Of a stretch of DNA of 64,000 bases, positions 58,463-64,000 are shown piece after piece. The position numbers and the translations under genes are program-made. Below the pieces are notes generated by a model. The model saw only the letters and a program-made list of their open reading frames with translations, did not search any database and was not told the DNA's origin. The DNA is from an uncultured bacterium (GTDB taxonomy: Bacteria; Babelota; Babeliae; Babelales; Babelaceae), in the NCBI GenBank assembly GCA_963722385.1, contig CAVRKK010000002.1:640001-704000 (forward strand), read 5' to 3'. The first letter of the stretch is position 1; each line of letters starts with the position of its first letter.

Positions 58463-58984
58463 ATGAAGCGCTTTTCCCTTGTCGTAATGCTTACTCTTAC
58501 GTGCGCGCTGGGCCTTTCAGGAATGGCTAAAAATAGCCACCGTTCGCCTGCTCACAAAAATAATAGCTGGCAAAAAGGCAGCAAAAGGTCTTTGCCCATC
58601 CATTACAATCATAAGAAAACTTGGCGTTCGCCATTCGGGGCTGGCCACCGTTATTCTTCTCGCCCATTTCACTCGAGGAAAGACTATCTTTCTGGTCGGC
58701 ACTACCGCGCTCACCCACAACGCTCGCCAAGTCGAATTAAGTGGCGCCGCCATCACCGCAGAAACTTCCCTCGCTCTCGGCGCTTTAGTAGCGGGGGATA
58801 TGGCTGGTCAGACGGAGATTACTATGACTTTGGCGGCTGGGACTATGGCGGTGATGCCTGGGGTTGGGGCTGGTGGGGGCCTATGCCACCCTATTTTTCT
58901 GCAGGCTTGGGGGTCGGTTGCGCATCGGGTATGCCAACACAGGGTTATGCTTGGCTTGGTTTTGGGTATCCACCTTATTACTGA
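58463..58984 (+). CDS. Secreted low-complexity protein (R/H/S-rich, then G/W/Y-rich)
   Basis: AAGGA RBS, signal peptide MKRFSLVVMLTLTCALG, strongly biased composition. Confidence 0.7.
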   Translation: MKRFSLVVMLTLTCALGLSGMAKNSHRSPAHKNNSWQKGSKRSLPIHYNHKKTWRSPFGAGHRYSSRPFHSRKDYLSGRHYRAHPQRSPSRIKWRRHHRRNFPRSRRFSSGGYGWSDGDYYDFGGWDYGGDAWGWGWWGPMPPYFSAGLGVGCASGMPTQGYAWLGFGYPPYY

Positions 58985-59141
58985 CCAAGCGTTCCATCTA
59001 ATGCAAACCCAGCAATATGTTGTATGAGTTCTGCGGGAGCGATGTTTGTCAGGTGGCGAACAACTTCCTCCGGATGAGCCGCTGCATAGCGTGATTGAGC
59101 TGTTCAAGGATCGCCCCGCGCTTATGCAGCGGGCACTTTTA

Positions 59142-59524
59142 ATCGCCTGCGCGGCTGGCGCGCCTCCGCGGCGAGCGGCAGGACTTAGTCCTGCACCCGT
59201 TACCATTTGTTCTCCTGCCATACTGTCCATCTTGCTCTATTTGCTATGCTTGTATAATGTGCCATACCCATGTGGGGCACATGGCTAGGCACTTTCGCAT
59301 TCACCTTCGGTGAAGTTTGTAATAACCCCTTTTGTTCATCGCCAGTAAAGCTTTTAGGGCTGTTTGAAAAAATCATGGAAAAGTCCGAATTTCATCATGC
59401 CTTGCATGATTGGCTTTTGTTTGGTGACGCGTTACGCGTCACCAAACGGCTAGAGAGCCAGTACGCAGAACCCGCCGGGATTGTTAAGGGACTACGTTCC
59501 TTAACCGCCGGCTGCGCAGGCGAT
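59142..59524 (+). repeat. Intergenic hairpin repeat family, copy 5 (complete, type 1, most diverged)
   Basis: TIRs ATCGCCTGCGCGGCTGGCG...CGCCGGCTGCGCAGGCGAT; same hairpin order as copy 2 with different stem sequences. Confidence 0.85.
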
Positions 59525-59874
59525 TTTATTCCCAGCTACCATGACCAAAGCCTCCTGTTCAAAGTTTGCTTTTGACATGCAGCTGTGTAGGCATATATCA
59601 AACCCATGATGGTATATGGAAGGGCCGATCTGAGAAAAGGCCCTCAAGCTCCACATGAGGCTGGTTGGAAAGTATCGTATAAGGTTCGCTCAGTAAGCTG
59701 GGTGGCTAAAGGTATAAAAGCTAAGCTAATGCTGCTTGGCAAAGTTATTGGCGTAGCGACTTCGCGGTTGCCACTTCACGAATGCTTCTGTTTATAACCA
59801 TACAAGCTTGTTGTGAAAATTCGCAGATTTGTTATTCTCAAAGAAACATTGATGCGCTTATAAAAGAATTACTC

Positions 59875-61308
59875 ATGAATGATGCCTACGAAGTTGATAT
59901 CGGTATAGAAGTTCACGTTCAGCTCAAAACCAGGAGCAAGCTTTTTTGCTCAAGCGCGGTTGCGCCAGCAGACGAGCCGAACACACATATTTGTCCCGTC
60001 TGCATCGGGCATCCAGGTGTTTTGCCCGTCCTTAACACCGAAGTCATCCATTACGCCCTTATGGCAGCCCTTGGAACGTCTTCTGTCATCGCGCCTGAAA
60101 GCGAGTTTGCTCGTAAGCATTATTTCTATCCCGATTTGCCTAAAAATTACCAAATTACTCAGCATGATAAGCCTTTTTGCACCGAAGGGCATATACTCAT
60201 CCGCCTCGAAGATGGGGCGATAAAAAAAATTCGCTTGATACGCATCCATATCGAAGAAGATGCTGGCAAGAATATTCATGCGCCTCACAGCAATGAAAGT
60301 TTTGTAGACTTTAATCGTGCGGGTACGCCGCTCTTAGAAATAGTAAGCTATCCTGATATTAAAAGCTCAGCTGAAGCGCGGGCCTACCTTAAGGCACTTC
60401 GCACGCTTGTTTTGTATCTTGATATTAGCACAGGCAATATGGAAGAAGGTGCATTACGAGCTGATACCAATGTCTCGGTGCGCAAAAGAGGCCAGGCAAA
60501 GCTTGGCACGCGCTGTGAGCTCAAGAACATCAATTCTTTTAAATTTATTAGCGACGCTATCGAGTATGAAGTTGATCGCCAGATTGCTTTGCTCGAGCAG
60601 GGGCGGCCGGTGCTACAGGAAACTCGCTCATGGGATACCAAGGAGCACAAGACGGTAACGCTGCGCAGCAAAGAAGAAGCGGCCGATTACCGCTACTTTC
60701 CCGACCCTGATCTTCCTAAAATTAGAGTTACCCCCGAGGATGTGGCGCCAGTGCAAAAAAGCATGCCTGAGCTTCCCCATGAAAAGTTTGATCGTCTATG
60801 CTCGGTCTATGGACTCACGCCCTATGAAGCAGAAATACTTATCACAGATAAAGCATTAGCCGATTATTACGAGCGCGCTGCTGAAGCTTATCCAAGTAAG
60901 AGCCTTATTAACTGGGTGGTTCGGGACATACTCAAGCTGCTTAAAGAAGAGAAGCTTGCTATTGACCAGCTTTTAATGAGCCCCGTATACCTTGCTGAGC
61001 TTGTCTCTTTGCTTGAGCGTGGGACTATCAATAATCGCATCGCGCAAGAAATTTTTGAGGAAGTTTCCCGTACGGGCAAATCACCAAGCGAGCTCGTAAA
61101 GCTCAAGGGCCTTGAGCAGCTTGGCTCATCCGAAGAGCTTGAGGCAGTTATCAAAGCGATCATTGCCAACAATCCCGAGCAAGTTGCCGGCTATAAAGCA
61201 GGAAAAGAAAAGCTCTGGGGCTTCTTTGTCGGCCAGGCCATGCAAAAAACCCAAGGCCGCGGCAATCCGCAAGTTATCAACGAGCTTCTGAAAAAGTATC
61301 TCAAATAA
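59875..61308 (+). CDS. gatB: Asp/Glu-tRNA amidotransferase subunit B
   Basis: IGIEVHVQL, FARKHYFYPDLPKNYQITQ, HIEEDAGK, DFNRAGTPLLEIVS, KEEAADYRYFPDPDL. Confidence 0.98.
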   Translation: MNDAYEVDIGIEVHVQLKTRSKLFCSSAVAPADEPNTHICPVCIGHPGVLPVLNTEVIHYALMAALGTSSVIAPESEFARKHYFYPDLPKNYQITQHDKPFCTEGHILIRLEDGAIKKIRLIRIHIEEDAGKNIHAPHSNESFVDFNRAGTPLLEIVSYPDIKSSAEARAYLKALRTLVLYLDISTGNMEEGALRADTNVSVRKRGQAKLGTRCELKNINSFKFISDAIEYEVDRQIALLEQGRPVLQETRSWDTKEHKTVTLRSKEEAADYRYFPDPDLPKIRVTPEDVAPVQKSMPELPHEKFDRLCSVYGLTPYEAEILITDKALADYYERAAEAYPSKSLINWVVRDILKLLKEEKLAIDQLLMSPVYLAELVSLLERGTINNRIAQEIFEEVSRTGKSPSELVKLKGLEQLGSSEELEAVIKAIIANNPEQVAGYKAGKEKLWGFFVGQAMQKTQGRGNPQVINELLKKYLK

Positions 61309-61313
61309 CGACT

Positions 61314-61916
61314 GAATATCGCCTCCGCGGCGAGCGCGCCTGTGCCGCGGGCACACCTACGCAGTGGGCGGCAGGAGCGTGCTCCTGCACCTGTAGATTT
61401 TGTTTCTTTCTTTATAAGCTTATTTCTCGATTTTGTTTAATGCCGTAACCATGCGGAGCGCATGATTACGGCAAACGCAATTCTCCTAACGGAGAATAGA
61501 TTTTTTGTTGCCAGTAGTCTCTTTTCCCAAAATCTTTAATAAATAAAAATCTGATGAGGCCCTCCGAGTAGCCCGGCGCATCCTTCCGGGATGCAAGGAC
61601 AGAATTAGGCGGAGTAGCGCCTAATTTGACCGAAGTAGCTCTTCTTTAGAAGAGCGAAAAACGTAGGCGGAAGGGGCCGTTTGAATTAGGGGCCAGGGAA
61701 AGCGGCGCACGTGTTGCATAGGACATAAACATGCGAAGTAACGCATGTTTTGTCCAGAGCGGCCTTCGAAAGAAGGCGATTAGCGTAGGTTGCGAGAACC
61801 CCGCTTGCCGCATCGCCGCGGAGGCGTATTCATTGAGCGACAAGCTAATTTTCTTTTTTAACGCTTTGGACGCTCTCGCTTAGTTATGCGCCTGCCGCTC
61901 GCCGCGAAGGCGATTC
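61314..61916 (+). repeat. Intergenic hairpin repeat family, copy 6 (type 2, expanded, two right ends)
   Basis: 5' ~190 bp nearly identical to copy 4; extra internal hairpins; right ends at ~61831 and ~61916. Confidence 0.9.
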
Positions 61917-61961
61917 GTAAGGCTCGTTGCTTTTATCAAAGGTCATTTGCGACAGATAGCA

Positions 61962-61989
61962 TTACTTGATAAGTGATGTTATCGCACAT
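61962..61989. other. Candidate Xer/dif-like recombination site
   Basis: 11-6-11 layout TTACTTGATAA-GTGATG-TTATCGCACAT, under 80 bp upstream of a tyrosine recombinase gene. Confidence 0.5.
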
Positions 61990-62066
61990 AATTATCATAC
62001 TCTGTCCGCTAGCAATCAAAGCACTATCTGTAGTATCATAAATAGAATTTTGAGCAAGGTTATTCC

Positions 62067-63032
62067 ATGAAGCCTAAAAAACAAACGCTTTTACCCATTG
62101 AACACAACAAGCCGCCCTTTGTCGAGGCGCTTGATCAATTTTTGGCAACACTTGACGTTACACGTGGCTCAAGAGGCACCTATCGTAATGCTCTGCGCCA
62201 ATTCCTTTACTGGTTTGTAAATCAAAAAAACATGACCCCCACGCGCGAGACAATACTTATTTATAAAGAAGAGCTTGACCTCAAAGGCTTGCGTCCTGCA
62301 ACACGCGCTTGTTACCTGGTAGCCGTACGCAAATTTTTTGAGTGGACCGAGAGCCTTAAAATTTATCCTAATATCGCTAAAGGCATTAAAGGAGCACGTC
62401 GTGCACTCAAGCATCACCAAAAAGACGCTCTAACGATCCCTCAAATTAAACAAATACTTGGTTGTGCCGCTAAAGATAGTCTTGGAGGCAAACGCGACTT
62501 CGCGCTCATCAACTTACTCGTTAGAACAGGGCTCCGCCTCATAGAAATCGTACGCGCCAATTACCAAGACCTTGACCTTCAAGGAGAGGAAGCCCTTTTA
62601 TGGGTCCGCGGCAAGGGGCGCGATGGCAAAGATGACTGCGTCATACTTGCCCAAGAAGCGCTAAAGCCGCTGCTCCACTATCTGCGTGCACGGGGGCTTA
62701 AATCAGCCACCGAACCACTTTTTGCCTCACTGAGCGACCGTAATCGTGGCAAACCCTTAACCACGTATTCGCTTTCGCGTATTATTAAGGGCTACCTACG
62801 GCAAGCCGGTCTCAATACGCGTCGCATCACTGCCCATAGCCTCCGCCATACGTTCGGTGTTTTATCAATTAAGGCAGGAGCATCACTCTATGAAGTACAG
62901 CTGGCAATGCGCCATACAAACCCAGGCACGACCGAAATATATCTCGGGGATATTGAGCGACAAAAAAGGCTCGAGGGCGCACCAGAGAGGAAAGTAAGCG
63001 ACCTTTTAAGCGAAGAGGGTATTGGGGGATAG
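62067..63032 (+). CDS. Tyrosine recombinase (XerC/D-like)
   Basis: SAM-like N-domain, TGLRLIE, GKGR, AHSLRHT, MRHT...TEIY catalytic residues. Confidence 0.93.
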   Translation: MKPKKQTLLPIEHNKPPFVEALDQFLATLDVTRGSRGTYRNALRQFLYWFVNQKNMTPTRETILIYKEELDLKGLRPATRACYLVAVRKFFEWTESLKIYPNIAKGIKGARRALKHHQKDALTIPQIKQILGCAAKDSLGGKRDFALINLLVRTGLRLIEIVRANYQDLDLQGEEALLWVRGKGRDGKDDCVILAQEALKPLLHYLRARGLKSATEPLFASLSDRNRGKPLTTYSLSRIIKGYLRQAGLNTRRITAHSLRHTFGVLSIKAGASLYEVQLAMRHTNPGTTEIYLGDIERQKRLEGAPERKVSDLLSEEGIGG

Positions 63033-63088
63033 CTTGCAAGAGGCGACAAAAATTGTGTATCTTGTAAGAGATATAAAAGGGGGCAAAA

Positions 63089-63718
63089 ATGAAGAAAGCA
63101 TTGTTTAAAAGTACTTTAGTAATATTAAGTACCGCAGCAGTCGCCACGGTTGCTTATATTAATAGTCAAGAGGCGCGATTAACAAAGCCTACATATCAAG
63201 GAGAACATATGAGGAAACAGCACGGCATTACGAAAAGCATAGAGCCAAATATTGGCATCTCAGCACAGGATCGTTCAAGCTCAAGCGCGATTTTAAATGA
63301 AGTTTTGGCGACAACGTATGTTTTATTGGTAAAAACGCAAAATTACCACTGGAACCTTGTTGGCCCTGAGTTTCATGATTATCACCTTTTGCTTGATGAT
63401 CACTATAAAAGACTGCAGGAATTTGCCGATGATATAGCTGAGCGAGTGCGTGCTGTTGGCGGGATAGCACTGGGGTCATTGCAAGAATTTTCTCAGCAAA
63501 GCAAAATTAAAGATGATAGCGGCGATGTACCAACACCACGACAAGCGATAGAGAATCTGCTCGCAGACCATGAAGCTTTGATCAGGCTTATTCGCGAAGG
63601 GATTAATATTACTGGTGAACATAATCGCGATATGGGTACGAATAATTTCTTCTGTGAGCAAATTATGAAACATGAAAAAATGGCATGGATGCTACGCTCA
63701 CTCCTTGAGAGAAAGTAG
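63089..63718 (+). CDS. dps: Dps family ferritin-like protein with N-terminal signal-like extension (internal start 63209)
   Basis: KTQNYHWNLVGPEF..YHLLLD, DDIAERVRAVG, D.GT, HEKMAWML. Confidence 0.93.
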   Translation: MKKALFKSTLVILSTAAVATVAYINSQEARLTKPTYQGEHMRKQHGITKSIEPNIGISAQDRSSSSAILNEVLATTYVLLVKTQNYHWNLVGPEFHDYHLLLDDHYKRLQEFADDIAERVRAVGGIALGSLQEFSQQSKIKDDSGDVPTPRQAIENLLADHEALIRLIREGINITGEHNRDMGTNNFFCEQIMKHEKMAWMLRSLLERK

Positions 63719-64000
63719 CGCTCCATAAAAAATGGAGACGCTCTGGCATACCTCACTTATGTTCTCCATGCTTAGCCTTTACTTAGACACATACCCTCCT
63801 AAAGGCTTGATATAGCATATGCCTCGTAGTTTGATAGTTTACATGCAAGCTTGACAAGCTACGTTAACCTCACTTGCACGCCCTACTTTTTACTCACCAG
63901 CCTTTACTTGTAGGGGAGCATAACTGGCGGATTGTTTTTTTTACGAGCACATTCAAGCTCGGCATGCCCATAAGTATTAGAGAGTATGCCTACGTCTCCA

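Noticed and set aside
59600..59870. T-box riboswitch upstream of gatB
   Set aside because: No TGGNACC T-box motif and no terminator/antiterminator pair is visible.
62067..63032. Integron integrase with cassette array
   Set aside because: No IntI-specific insertion is evident between the catalytic boxes, no attC-like GTTRRRY cassette ends were found, and the neighbours are housekeeping genes.

Overview
A 64-kb bacterial chromosomal segment. It is probably from a host-associated lineage such as Candidatus Dependentiae/Babeliae (TM6); this is inferred from gene content (secreted ankyrin proteins, many signal-peptide-bearing enzymes), not from a database search. Housekeeping genes are cdsA, a YraN-family nuclease, bamD, a gspE/pilB ATPase, a pilin, tamB, atpD/atpC, a HerA-like ATPase, glyA, a tandem double ddl, ruvA, jag, mnmE, an OmpA-family lipoprotein, RNase E/G, gatB, a Xer-type recombinase, dps and three tRNAs (Glu, Lys, Gly). 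Three things stand out. (1) A ~11.9-kb island (7392-19284) sits at the 3' end of tRNA-Glu and carries a large serine recombinase, a rolling-circle-type Rep and toxin-antitoxin genes; its attachment core lies inside the recombinase 3' end, so excision would swap the enzyme's C-terminus. (2) A 15.5-kb, 13-gene glycan-synthesis cluster (29086-44538) in which every enzyme, including two normally cytoplasmic GDP-mannose dehydratases, starts with a signal-peptide-like segment; it is bracketed by two inverted copies of a repeat. (3) A six-copy family of ~330-600 bp intergenic elements with terminal inverted repeats, variable-number 17-bp units and hairpins conserved in structure but not in sequence. 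A candidate sRNA and a dif-like site upstream of the Xer gene are also noted.
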